From Lama guanicoe (Eukaryota), in assembly GCA_013239625.1 (NCBI GenBank), contig MU053431.1, positions 870,001 through 934,000 of the forward strand: a stretch of 64,000 nucleotides of DNA, in the 5' to 3' direction. This document shows positions 1 through 12,160 of the stretch, piece after piece (the stretch's first letter is position 1; each line of letters opens with the position of its first letter). A program made the position numbers and the translations under genes. Below the pieces are notes generated by a model, which saw only the letters and a list, made by a program, of their open reading frames with translations, did not search any database and was not told the DNA's origin.

Positions 1-509
1 GTGACCTTGAAGTGTCATTGACATTGGACGGTATCTGGGGCGCTCTGGTGATGGCTTTCTGTAGCCAACTGATCGCTGCAACTTCCAAACCTTAGAGTCT
101 TTATTCTGGTCCGAAGAGCGTGCCCCAAAATCCCAGAAAGAGCTCCTTGTTAAGCTCATTTCACGCCCCTTGCAGAAGCTGTGACCTGGGAATCACGTTG
201 CTGGGTTAAGTGACAGTTCGTGCCACGTAAATGGCGCTGCCGCCGGCTCCCCTCTGCTTCATAAGGGGGCCTCCCACGGGCTGGACCTCGCGGGGCCGCT
301 CCCACGACTGTGGCTGACGAGCGGTCAGCACGGGCCTCATGATGGGTGGGCAGGCAGCACAAGGGTCCCCCTGTGTGTCCCCAACTTTAAGCAGTGACGT
401 GCCCACCGTGTCCTTTGAGGGGCTCTCAGCGTGGTGCTGGTGTTGCCGATCTGAGTGAGCGCGTTTGGGATCTGTGGTTCTGCAGGCCCACTGGGGTGCA
501 GATTACCTC

Positions 510-883
510 CCTTTCTTTCCTAGTTTGAAAGTGTGGCGGAGTGGGCTCCCGGGCGGCGGCTGACGCAAGGTGTGGCCCCCGCAGGCTCTGGGGAGGGTCC
601 TTCCTGCCTCTCCAGCTCTGGTGGCTGTCGGTGTCCTTGGCTTGTGGCCGCGTCCCTCCCATCTCTGCTGCCATCTTCACGGGGTCTCTCTCCTTGGAGT
701 GTCTCTTACAAGGACTCCTGTCATTGGATTTAGGGCCCATCCAGATCAGCCAGGACACTGTCTTTGTCTCAAGATTCTGAATTACGTCTGCAAACCTTCT
801 TTTTCTGAATAAGGTGACATGCACAACTCCAGGGCTTGGCGAGAACGAATCTCTTGGGGGAAGGGCCGCCACCCAACCCACCG
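510..883 (-). mobile_element. MaLR solo LTR (MLT1B/C-like)
   Basis: Diagnostic MLT1 blocks 'gggagggtccttcctgcctctccagctctggtggc', 'tcttacaaggactcctgtcattggatttagggcccatccag' and 'aataaggtgacatgcac', in antisense to the consensus. Confidence 0.85.
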
Positions 884-929
884 TGCATAGTTTTGGATAG
901 AGGGATAAAAAGGTGGCGTAACATACTTC

Positions 930-1076
930 ATAAACTTTTAGTTTAAAATAATCATAGATTCACAGGGACGTTGCAAAGATGGTCCTGGAAGGTCCCTTTA
1001 CCGAGTCTCCCCTCCCCGTGACGCGTCACATGACTCTAGTACGACATCACACCCGGGACGTTGGCTTTGGTACAAG
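930..1076 (-). mobile_element. L1MC/L1MD-type LINE-1 3' end fragment
   Basis: 'ttttagtttaaaataatcatagattcacagggacgttgcaaagat...ctctagtacgacatcacacccggg' resembles the antisense L1MC 3' UTR end. Confidence 0.7.
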
Positions 1077-1104
1077 CCCGGCGTTGGAGGCAGAATCTTC
1101 TCTC

Positions 1105-1300
1105 CAGGGCTTGATTTCAAGTCAGAGAGGCGTGTGTATGTATCCTGGGTCCCCCTTCACCTTGTGACTTTAGGCAAATTTTTCACCATCCTGAGCCTGG
1201 GTTTGGTTTTTTTTTCACGTATGAGAGGGGAGGTTGAGGATGCCAGGTAGGGTGGCTGTGAAGATCAGGGGGTGGTGTGGACGCAGTGCTGAGGCATCTC
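1105..1300 (+). mobile_element. MIR SINE (degenerate)
   Basis: MIR core 'tgtgactttaggcaaatttttcaccatcctgagcctgggttt' followed by 'agggtggctgtgaagatca'. Confidence 0.65.
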
Positions 1301-1699
1301 GCCTGCCTGTGGCCTGGGAGCACTCTTCTCGACAGGTCAAAGCTGGAGTCGGATCGCAGCACGTGTCAGGATCTGCTCCAGACCAGATGTGGAGCATGCA
1401 AGCGGTGTTGAGTGAGCCCCTTGGCTGGGTCTCATCAGCCCCAGAAAGAGCTCTGCTCACTCAGCCCCTGCTGGGCCAGCCCGCCGCGGCGCTGCCTTGA
1501 CCAGGAGGCGGTCTGCCATGCACAGTGTTCCTGCAGCTCCTGCAACTGCCACACAGGACGGCATAGTTGCATCCACGATTTTTCTAATTATTGAAGTTAG
1601 TCCAACATTTGCATCCGTAGGAAAATACTGAAGGTCATTAAGCAAAGTCGGAGCCTCGGAGAAAGCAGGGGTGAGGAAGCTCTTAGGGCCAGTATTTAA

Positions 1700-2450
1700 A
1701 TACCCTGCCCTCCCCGCAATTTACCGTGTAACTATCACTTTTGCAACTGAAAATGGAGAGGAAGGATGTTTCTACCCTAAAAAGGGGGGGGATATTCAAA
1801 TGCCTCATTTAAATGCACTGATTTGATTAAGGATCCTTCTATAGAGCAATTGAAAAATTGCAGTGGCAGTCTTTCGTGTTCCCACTGTTTAACCAACTCT
1901 GCTCACTGCCCCTGTGCTTGAACAGTCTTTGTTTAAATCCCCATCACAAGTTTTAGAAGTGAAGTGTCATCTTCAGGAATATTAAACAAAAAGAAAAATC
2001 ACTTACGGCAGGTAGCGTTGCTTGGAGCAGGGACAAATCATTCAAAGAAAATCAGGCAATAATTGGCCTTTGTTTAAAGCGGAGAGTTATGCAGACAAGG
2101 AAAGTGTAGATCATTTTGTTGCAGACTTTTTTTTATCACACAGACTAATTTGATACTGTCCTGGGAAGCCGTCCCTCTGAATATTCAACAAAAGCAACAG
2201 TGCAGTAGGAGAGATGGTATTAAGGGTATTACTTTTGCATAATTTATGCTCAGTGACAGCCGAGCATACACGTTTACGGGGAGACTGCTCGGTGCTTCCA
2301 ACCCCATTAAGCTATTTATTCATTGTAATGAGTGACTTTACTGTCCTGCGTTAAGGTTACGCCACACTGGACTGTTAAAAGCCCTTCTCACTGTACACGT
2401 TTACTGGTGGCCGCTAAGCTAATACCTTTATTGCTGCTTCAGTGACTGAA
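1700..2450. promoter_or_regulatory. Candidate conserved non-coding element / enhancer
   Basis: AT-rich, no recognisable repeat, in GC-rich surroundings. Clustered SOX-like sites (cctttgt, acaaaag), a POU-like palindrome gcataatttatgc (2237-2249), tgacag and taat cores. Conservation not tested. Confidence 0.5.
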
Positions 2451-4242
2451 CCAACGCGTGTGTGGGTCAGTCAACCTCGTCTCCTTTCATCCCTGTCCCA
2501 GCCACTTCTTGATGGAGCTGTGATTGTCTCTCGGACTCCGTGTCTGTGGGCAGATGCGTTACCCGTTTTGCATAAACTCGCACAATTTGGGGGCTCCTGT
2601 CCGCAGGCTCTCCTCATCCTGTGCTGCCTCCATCCTCCCCATGTATGCCCCCTCCCTGGTCCCTCAAGATGTTGTTGGCAAGTAGCAAAGACAGGAAGAT
2701 GCTGTCTTTCTGGAGGACGGGAGGCAGCTCTAATAAAAAGCTGTCATTCACAAATCCAGATCCACTGTCGCACGACATGCATTTTAAAGACCATATGAAC
2801 TGTTAAATGGCTCAATATGGGCACGGGTTTTGCAACTTGGAGATTTTTAACAGCAGGAAGAGGGGGTGCGGGGCCCATGACAGCTCTGGCCGAGGGGCAG
2901 TTCAGGTTCTACAGAGAAAGATGATATCTGGGCTCTGTTCCACGGGAGTTTTCACTGCTGCACCTGCTCAGGAAGCCACTGGCAGGGTCCACCCTGAGGA
3001 GGGGCATCCGGACAAGTGTGTTTGTAGGACAACGCTGGAGTGTCTTCCTTTACAATCTAGCAAATATTTGAAAACTACAAGCCTTGCCGAGCAGCGTCGT
3101 CGCCATCTGGGTGTTCAGGATGGTGCTTTGCAGGGGAAGGCTGGGCCGGCCCTAGGACGGGGCATTTCAAGTGCAGGGAGCGGGGGCGGGGGGCCTGCTC
3201 GCCCAGCCCCTGCCCCACTGCCAGCGGGACGGGGTCTGGGACGCCTGAGCGCTCCCTGATCGGTCCTTTGAAGAAGCCACAAGTGTTGCGCCCTGAAAGG
3301 TCACTAGGACGTTTGTGACTGACACTCAGTATACAAGATCCTGCTTATTTCATGGATGACATCACCAGGGCCCAATCAGGAACTTGGGCTCTGAAATTTA
3401 AGGGAGAGAAATGCGTTCTTTGGGAGAAAGCAATTATTGTAGACAATTATTCTGGGCTTGTTTTAGATGGCGCGGAAATAATTAGTCCATTGCGCATAAC
3501 CCTGGGGTTTACAGTAAACAAAACATCCACTTAGTGAGAAGGTCTTGAGTCTTAAAGGAGCAGAAGCCGGCAGGAGCGGGGTCCGCCTCCCACCCCCACC
3601 CCCAGCCTCTGTGCGCCTTGTCCCTTTTCGAGATGCTGGAAGCTCAGAACAAAATGGCACCGTTCCTGAGGAGGACCCCGACAGCGCCGGCAGAGCCTTG
3701 AGGTGGGAAAGCCCCACTTTGAAACCTGAGCCCCACCCACCCACCCACGAGTATGTGAGTTATTTACTGCTTTTTTTATCCAGTTTGATTTTTACGTAAT
3801 CAAGTCACGGGGAGAAACCCCAATCAGGTAATGTCTTTCAGAGAACTGTTTAAAAACATCGCCTTTATCAGCAGAAATGCCCAGAAGAGGGGATCTCTGA
3901 TATCTGCACCCAAATCTTTCACTTAATCGGTGGCCCAGATGTGAAAACAAGAAATGAGAACTAGAAACGGGTTTGCCTGCTGCCTTAACTCTCCAGATGG
4001 CTGGTGGAATGTTCTAACTCGGCGGCGCTCACTCACTGTGTGAAGACGAGGGGTGGGGCTAGGGGTGGGGTTCTCATCGGGGTGATAAGAAGAGAGAGAG
4101 ACGCAGCCTCTGAAGGGGGTGCAGGTGAGCAAACAGGGGACCAGGTGTGGAAGGAGGCAGCCCTGGGCGAGGACGTCCCCGTGGGCAGGTTGCCAGGGTC
4201 CCCACTGCCGCCCCCTGAAAAAAGGCAGAGGGTGTGACAGCA

Positions 4243-4658
4243 GTGCTGGCGTCCTGGGGTCACCACAACAGATCGCCCCAACTGAGCGGCTTACAACAGA
4301 AGCTGGTAACCATTCTGGAGGCTAAAGTCTGAAGTCAAGGTGTTGGGGGGGCCAGGCCTCCTCCTCTGAACATCTTGGGGAGGGTCCTTCCTGCCTCTTC
4401 CAGCTCTGGTGGCCCCAGGTGTCGTCCTTGGCTTGTGGCACCTCCCTCCAAACTCTGCCTCCACCACCACGTGGCTCCTCTGGGTCCTGTCTTCTGTCTT
4501 CCTGTAAGTTCACTTGTCACTGGACGTAGGGCCCACCCCATCATCTCAAGACCCTTAACTCAATCACATCTGCAAAGACCCTTTTGCCAGATAAGGTCAC
4601 ATTCACAGGGTCCGAACATGACTTATCTTTTGAGGGGACACCATTCATCCCACTACGC
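4243..4658 (-). mobile_element. MaLR solo LTR (MLT1B/C-like), near full length
   Basis: 'cattctggaggctaaagtctgaagtcaaggtgttgg', 'catctcaagacccttaactcaatcacatctgcaaagacccttttgccagataaggtcacattcacagg' and 'gaggggacaccattcatcccactac'. Confidence 0.9.
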
Positions 4659-5859
4659 AGCCCAAAGCAGGGGCAGTGGACGCCACGGAGGGTTGTTGGA
4701 ACTGACACAGGGGAGGAAATGTAAGTCTGGAAACTGGCTCAGAACCGAACCCCAAGTAGCTGGCTGGGGCTGCGAACGAGCTGGTGTCTCATCCAGGCCC
4801 GCGGGACGGAGGAGACCCCCGCCCACGAGGGGACCGGCGGTCACGGTGCTGCCCCAGATCCAGAGCTGGGGGCCTGCAGCCCTGCAAGGCTGCTTGAACT
4901 TCCGTCGAGACGTCTTACAAGTTCTCCCTCTGCCCTCTGTGTCTCCCCACGTTCCGTCCAATCCTTTGTACCACGTTCTAAATAATTCCTTCTGACCAGC
5001 GTGCCTGCCCCTTTCTCCTCCCCACCAGCGCTCGCCGCTGAGCCCACGCCGGACGCTTGCTCCTCTGGGGGAACAAGGCGGGATGGAGGGTCCCGAGGTC
5101 TCCGACAGGCACAGGAGACAGGGTGACTGTGGAGGGACCAGTGTTTCCCTGGCTCTGCTCTTACTGCAGGGCTCGGAGAGACTCTTTCACCCCCGGGGTG
5201 TTTTACTCCCCCGCTCCAGGGACGATGGCGTGTACCCGTGGGTCGCCATCAGGGCTGAACGCGGGAGCTGTGCTGCAGCACCTAGCACGGGCCCGGCACC
5301 CAGGTGAGACTCGAGTCAGTGAACCGTGGTTGCCGTCCTGGATATCTTGTGTCTTTAGGAAACAGTTGTGCACAGCAGGTGCCAGAGGGCTCCTGGAAGG
5401 AGGTCAGAGCTGGGCCTTCAGGGAGAGCAGGTGCGCCCGCGGCACCAGCGCGGGGAGCAGGGGCCGTGCTCGGGGTCCACGCCGCGAGCCTGTGACCTGG
5501 GAGGGGCCGGTTTCCCACGTCTCTGACTTGGGTTTACATTACTGGCTGGGATTCTTTCTAAATGCTGCCATTTTGTTTAAAAAGAATGAGAAAAGGAAAA
5601 TACACCCATGGTTAGAAGAAAAAGAAAACCCTGCAGGAGAGAAAGATGGAAGGCGGAAGGTGCCCGTTCCCCCCTCTCGTCTGAAGGCAGCCAGTGAGCA
5701 CCCCCAACGGAGCACGCAGACCCCTGGTCACCTGGCACGTGAATTAAATTAGGTGGACATTCAAGTAACCCTAATTCTTGGCTGATGGTGCATTCTCATT
5801 TTTATAAATACATTTTTAGTAATAACCCCCAAAACAAGAGCATAGATGAGCATTTGCAC

Positions 5860-6965
5860 CCCCTTCACGGCCCCTCCCCCACCCAGGGAACCCCGTCCTA
5901 AATCACCCCACTGCGCAGCCCCGCTTGCTGTCTGAACCAGCCTTGTCACATCTGTGTGTTTCACTGAGAGTATGTATCCTTTGGTTTTGGTTATCTCAAT
6001 TTTCATAAATGGGCATCTTTGTATGTAATCTTTGGACACTTACTGTTTGTCACTCAGAATCATACTGGCACGTCACAAAGCGCACCTTTGCCCCCCAGAG
6101 CGCACTCCGTCGTACCACAGTTGGCCCGCCCCCCTGTACATGGACTTCAGGGTCTGCTCCACGTCTCTGCGATTGTGAGCCGTGGTCCCCGTTTCTGCGG
6201 ACGCACAGGTGAGAGTGTCTCTCGCTTGGGTAGAGGCTGAAGAAGTCAAACGTTCCACACGCCACCATCACACCCAATTACTCTCCAAAATGGAAGTAAG
6301 AAAATACACGCCCATGAGCCGCGGCCAGGAGCGCCTGGTCATCGCGCCCCTCCCACACGGGGTCGGGCCGGGCTGGGCAGTGTGCGTGCGGGACCCGGGC
6401 CAGCGATGCGCGACTTACAGGTCACATCTCCGTGAGTGCTTAGCGCCACGTGGGTGGTCTGTCACACCCCTAGTCCTGCCTCCTGCCCGTTTCTCTGTCT
6501 CGTGGTTGTTATTTTTAACACAAGTGGATCTACTGTATCTTGTGCTACGGCTTGATTCTTGAATACGCCCTGAACAACGGACGGATGTTCAAACGTATCG
6601 TGACAACTGATGGGTGTTGCGTACATACACACACACAGGCGCACACAGACACATGTTCTGCACTTCTGTGGTCTGCTTTTTTTCATCTAACAGCATCTTC
6701 TGAAGCAGTTTCATAAAAACAAAATACACCAAAACATAACCTTAATTATGCTATTGTGTGAGCACAGCGTACTACATTTAACTAATCCTGTTTGGATGTG
6801 AAAGTTGTTTCAGTTTTTCACAATTACAAACAGCTTTGGGATAAACAGCCTTGAAGTTAAATCTTTTTACGTTTGAATTTCTCTCCCCTCAGGAGATATT
6901 CTAAGGAGGAGAAGCGTCAAGTCAGGGACATACTTTAAAAGCTTTCTGATGTGTATGGCTAAACG
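5860..6965 (-). mobile_element. Ancient L1ME-type fragments (two patches, about 5860-6300 and 6640-6965)
   Basis: 'ttcataaatgggcatctttgtatgtaatctttgg' and 'gttgtttcagtttttcacaattacaaacagctttgggataaacagccttg' resemble antisense L1ME 3' sequence. Confidence 0.55.
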
Positions 6966-8825
6966 GTTGGAGGGGGTTTGGTTTGGTTTGGTTTGGTTTT
7001 TGGTGGCGTTTGATTTTTGTTTTCAGAGGAAAAAAATAACTGAAGGTTGTTCCTGGCAAGGGAAGGGTGTCAGCCGTGGCCCCAGCGCAGGCCGAGCAGC
7101 TGGGGAGGCCAAGCAGGGGGAGGCCAAGCTGGGGGGGCTGGGCCTCCCCCGCCCGGTGCAGCCGCTGGCGTCCGTCCCTGACGCCCGTTATCGCGGGGCC
7201 GCCTGTGTCCCAGCGAGCCCTTCCAGCACTTGACGCAACTTGGAAACTTCTGCTTGTCGTGGTGCCTCGCACCACAGCGTCTCCCGCGCCTCACTCGGGG
7301 CCCGGCACACAGAGGGCGCCTCACCGATGCTGAAGGGCTGTGTGGGGAAGAGACTGGAAGAGAGCCGGCCAGCGTGTTCGGGTGCTTGTGGAGATCAGGA
7401 CGTCCCGCTGTGCCCAGGGACGTTTGTGTTTGTCGCACATCAGGGGGAGAGTCGCTATTGGTGTCTGGTGGGTGGGGGGCTGGGGGGCTGCTAGACATCC
7501 CGCAAAGGCACGGGACGGCCCGCCACAGAGGGGCCCCAGCCCAGACTGTCGGCAGCGCCGAGTTCGAGAGACCCCATTCGAGGTCACAAGACCACTTCTT
7601 CCTTTCCATTGTGTCATTTTTCCAAATTTTCTCTGTCTTTAAAAGTTACCTCTGAAAGAGGTGTCACGACTAACATGGGCTGGGAGTGAAGAAGCAGGCG
7701 CGACTCTCCTGCCCGCCAGGTTTCGTGCTTGGGGGAAGTGCCAGTGTGCATCTGCACGCTTCCTGAGACCCTTGGAGGCTCAACGAATGTTCTAGAAAAC
7801 TCCCTTGCGGCGTGCCCACCCTGATCAGCCACACAAGTGGGCCTAGGAAAGCGGGAGTTTACCCAAGCGGACAGAAGCAGCATCATTTGGGGGGTGGGGG
7901 GCCGAGGCTGCGTGATGGGGCGGGAGGCAGGTGGCTGGACCCACGGGGCTCGCGCCCGCAGCATCACTGCTGACGGGTCAGCCCGGGTGAGACTGGCCGC
8001 CCCAGCGCCCACCCACCCACTGAGCCACTCTGTGGGGCGAGGGCGTTGCCAGGGCGGACAGGGCCCCCACCACTCAAACCCCACTCCCACGGACTTCGGG
8101 GGAGCCCCATCCGCACTTGGGGCTCCGGGTGTCTGAGCGGAGGCAGAGCAGCGCGTCCCACATCCTGCAGGAATGTTCCCTGGATCCGGGATATCCGTGC
8201 TTGGGGAGGAAGACCAGCTGTTCCCACACCTCCTCCTCCCTCAGGGAGCACACGCAGAACAAGCTGGGTTAAAAATGGGGAGACGGTATTTTTGTGCTGC
8301 TGGGCGGTCCTCCTCTGGGCCCCGGGGACAGGCAATCCCAGTGGAGGACGCGTCTGTCCCTGATTACCGGCCCTGCGTCCGATTTGCCTGCTTCAGGCAG
8401 CTCTCCTAGGGCCTGCCCGGCCACGTGCACCCAGCCGGAGGGATGGGAGGGGCACCTTGGCTGCAGGGTTTGGGGGACCTATTTCTGCTGGGCACCCCTC
8501 CCTCTCCCTGCATCCAGCGGAAGACGCTGAGAAGCCAGTGGAGGAAGCAGCCCTTTGTCAGCAGTGCACAGAGAGCATCCCGGGAAACGGGCAGCCGAGG
8601 AGCGCAGCCTCTCCCCGGGCTTCCCCGGGCCGGGCACGCCGGGGGCTGTCCTGTGAGCTGTGACGCCTGCTGGAGTCAGGGTGCACGGAGCGGGGCGCAT
8701 GGCTTTAATCTTCACTGTGGGCTCTTGGAAAACCCAGAGAACCTCACAGAGCAAATTCACTTTGGGTGGAGACCGTTTGTGCTGCAGAATGTGGGTCAGG
8801 GACGCCCTGCAAGAACAGCTCTCCA

Positions 8826-8963
8826 AAAAGAACCTGAAAAAGAATGTATACATATATGTATATACATGCACAACTGAATCACTATACTGTACACTGGAAA
8901 CTAACACAGCATTGTAGACCAACTAGACTTCAAGTAAATAAGTAAATAAATTTTAAAATACTA
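8826..8963 (+). mobile_element. 5'-truncated younger L1 3' end with A-rich tail and 15-bp TSD
   Basis: 'aactgaatcactatactgtacactggaaactaacacagcattgtagaccaactagacttcaagtaaataa'; flanked by aagaacagctctcca (8811-8825) and aagaactgctctcca (8964-8978). Confidence 0.9.
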
Positions 8964-9184
8964 AAGAACTGCTCTCCATTCCTAAGCGCAACTAAGGTTT
9001 GGCCAACGTGGTGTTTGGCAGCAGAGTGGGGACGCGCTCCCCCCACCCCCCCCCGTCCCCCCGGTGGTGGGGAGGGAGCTAGAGCTGGGGGTCTGCAGGT
9101 GCTCGCTCCGTGACGCTCCCGAGCCCCCGCACCCGCTGGGTGTGCGCCCCCGCGGGGAGCCGCCACCACGGAACGCGCAGGACT

Positions 9185-9560
9185 CTGACGTTATTTTCCA
9201 GAGAGCTGAGTTCCCTGAATATGAAAATTAACCTTTTTTAATAACAAAAATGATACAGTCCATTGAAGTAGGGCTGGATTTATCTTGTGACAGTGCCTGT
9301 CACGGCCTTGAGTATTTATTGAGTAGTTTTAAAAGTTCATTAAACTCGAGAGATTAAGTGTTGCCCTGAGCAGTGGCCCATAAAGGGGAAATATGGTCCT
9401 ATTACTTGGTAAAATGTTGTGCTCTGTTGTTAATCCAGCTCCCCTGAGCTCCCATCTTCTGCGTCAAAAGACATTTTCCCGTGCTGTTAAATCTGACATT
9501 TTCAAAGAATCTCAGACTGTTTTGCACGGTACTCACCAGAAACTCAATATTGCACGTTTA
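9185..9560. promoter_or_regulatory. Candidate conserved non-coding element
   Basis: Repeat-free AT-rich island with an inverted TGACAG pair (gtgacag-tgc-ctgtcac, about 9287-9303) and tttat/ccataaa homeodomain-like sites. Confidence 0.4.
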
Positions 9561-10449
9561 TTTCATGAGGAGTTGGGGATAGAGAAATACGAACCTCCCC
9601 CCACCGCGTTTCTCCAGAAATGTCAAATGCGTTAGCCCTCACTCCTCCCACCGCTGTTTTCCTGTGTCGCTTGACGTGGAAATAACCAGGTGCCCAGCAC
9701 AAAAGCTGCCCCACGGGGAGGAAGTCGCGGGAGCCCCCTTCCCCCCGGGAGAGGCTCTAGGTCCCGGCCGGGTGCGCCTGTCACCCGCCGGAGGACCAAC
9801 AGGACAGGAAACGTGGGGACAGCAGCATGTTTGTCACCTGCTGGGCCCAGGCGGTGATTAGTGCCATTTACTTTGCTTCTGATTTCTTTCTAAGTCAGTT
9901 CCCGCTGAATCTCTGTAGGAAGGTCCTTTTTATTATCTTGTTTGACCCGAGGGCCTTTGCTTTCTACAGTGAAGTCTTGGTAACACTGACAACGCTGTTT
10001 AATCGGTCCTCACGTGAGCCAGCCTGGGGCGGCCTCGTCTCTCTCTCCCCTGATGGGGGCCCCCATGTTCCTTGAGAGAAAAGCCAGGGCTGCACTTGGC
10101 CTCCGTCAGTGTGCGGGGCCATGGGGGCTTCCTCACCAAGCATCTGATGCATGGTGAGCGACCCCCTGCCCCTCTGATCTGGAAGGTCCCTGGGCACTGG
10201 CAAAATTAAACCTGGAGCTTTGATTGGAGGCAGACGGGGGCATGAAGATGCTCTCAGAAAAGTGGCTCTGAGTCAGCACCAGCCAGGCCTACGTCCAGCA
10301 CGCCCACCGCTGGGCAGGTGTTTGTTAAATGACTGTTGCAGCCAGGCCGCATGTTCAGTGTCTGCCCCGTGGCTGTCAAGTAAGGAGGACCCAGGGTAGA
10401 GCAGGGCCAGCATGAATTTTGGAGGGACCCCGGTTGTGCACCCCGATCA

Positions 10450-10567
10450 CTCCAGGCCTCTAACTCCTCGGTCATAACAGATAAGCACTGGGTTCTTGTG
10501 AGGATCAGATGAGCTAAGGCATGCGTGAAGGTGAGCACCATGCCTGGGATAAATGTGCAATAATTAG
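10450..10567 (+). mobile_element. MIR 3' fragment
   Basis: 'gggttcttgtgaggatcagatgagctaaggcatgcgtgaaggtgagcaccatgcctggg...aataatta'. Confidence 0.7.
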
Positions 10568-10594
10568 GGACGACGACCCCTCCCCCCCCAGCAA

Positions 10595-10812
10595 ATGCCA
10601 GCGCTCATTAAATCCGTGCATGTGCCGGGCGGTGGTCCAAGCAGCACTCTAGTCTTAGCGCACAGCGTTCAGAGTATTGTAGATACTCTTACAATGTACA
10701 TAACGGGAATATTGGGCCCAGAGAAGTTTAGTAACTTGCCCAAGGTCACACAGCTAAGAAGCAACAGAGTCTGTATTCAAACCTAGGCTGTCTGACCCGG
10801 AGATCATGCAGT
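10595..10812 (-). mobile_element. MIR SINE
   Basis: Clear core 'gcccagagaagtttagtaacttgcccaaggtcacacagctaagaag...attcaaacctaggctgtctgac'. Confidence 0.9.
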
Positions 10813-11809
10813 TAACTGTCAGCTGCTTCCACCTTCCCTCCCAAGCTGGGCCTGGGCTCCACCTCCATGGCACTCCGCCGCCTGTAAGTGGGTCTGTGAT
10901 GCACCTGGCAGAGTAGGAGTTATCCGTCTCCACCCACATCACCGCCGTCGTCATGGTGACAATACTTCCAGAATGGTTACAAACTTCTGTTGTAAGTGTT
11001 TGCTCCCCACCGAGGCTGTCCCTCTGCTGCCTGTCTCTCAGGGGAGGGAGGAAGTGGCCCTGGGAATGGCTGTATTTCCATAAAGAAAGATTTTGCTCAG
11101 AGCCCTTAGAGACTTGGCTTTCTAAAACACTTTCATGTTTCCACTTTGGTAGGGACTTAGGGCCATAAAAGTCAGACCAGCCCCTTCCTCTGAGCAGTGC
11201 TGTAAGAACAGGGTGGAAGGTGGCACCACAGTCCAAGGGAGGCACCAGGGAGGGGTGAGGACTGTGGCAAAGGGGCCGATGTGCCTTTGTCTGAGCACCT
11301 GACGTTTTGAGGCTTTGTGAAAAGAAGACCCAGGGGGCTCATGACTGCTTCAGTGATTCCCAAACCCCGGAGAAAAAGATCTGACCACTTAGGCCCAAAC
11401 ACAGATAGTTGTCACTTTATACATTATTTGCAGGAGCCCCTGCATTACTGTCATCTAGATAAACACACAACAGAAATGGACGCATTAAAAGATGAGAAAA
11501 ACAGATGTTTACTTAGTTTATTAGAGCCTTTTGCTGGTATATATATATATACAGTGTTATTAATGCGTGTATGGCACTGTTAGCCACGTTGCTAGTATTC
11601 TGCACACCCAGCTGTTAAAGGTCGTGCTGACTCTGCTATCACTGCGTTACCTCAGGGCACAGCACACACTCCACCCGGGCTCCATCACTAATGGGGTGGG
11701 GTAAATCCAGATTAAATTTGGGTCGTCTCATTTATTTCAGATGTTTTAGATGAGTCCATCAAATCTGCTTTGTTCTTCTGTGGTCTTTAACCTCATAATG
11801 TGGCCGATG

Positions 11810-12030
11810 GACAGCTTGGATTGGGACTAGGCCACTGTATCTGGCCCTCTGCCTGTTTTTGTAAATAAAGTTTTGTTGGCACACAGCCAATTTGTTAGGT
11901 GTCATCTGTAGCTGTTTTTATACAACAGCAGAGCTGAGTAATGGCAACAGAGACCATACGGCGCTCCAAGCCTGGAACATTTGCTGTGTGGCCCCTTCTG
12001 GAAAGAAAGAATGACTCCCAGACCCTGGGT
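11810..12030. mobile_element. MER58A-like hAT-Charlie DNA transposon
   Basis: 'gcctgtttttgtaaataaagttttgttggcacacagcca...cagcagagctgagtaatggcaacagagaccatacgg...tgtggccccttctggaaa'. Confidence 0.9.
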
Positions 12031-12039
12031 GCACCGCCC

Positions 12040-12160
12040 TGACCCACTAGGGTCCTTGTTGCAGATCCAGACCCTGGCTCCTCCCACGCAGGTCCTGCGG
12101 GCAGGGCCCCGGGTCTGCATTTCACTGAGCTCCTCGGATCGCTGTGACAGGCAGGAGCAG
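12040..12160. mobile_element. MER5A-like fragment
   Basis: 'gcagggccccgggtctgcatttcactgagctcctcgg' resembles a MER5A internal block. Confidence 0.45.

Noticed and set aside
588..4440. Near-identical stretches at about 590-650 and 4378-4440 suggesting a local duplication
   Set aside because: Both belong to independent MLT1 LTR copies, so the similarity reflects the family consensus
7050..7620. CpG-rich patch as a CpG-island promoter (also about 13180-13270, 16410-16560, 28860-28970)
   Set aside because: CpG enrichment is window-wide, even inside old repeats, and is better explained by regional GC bias; no first-exon evidence
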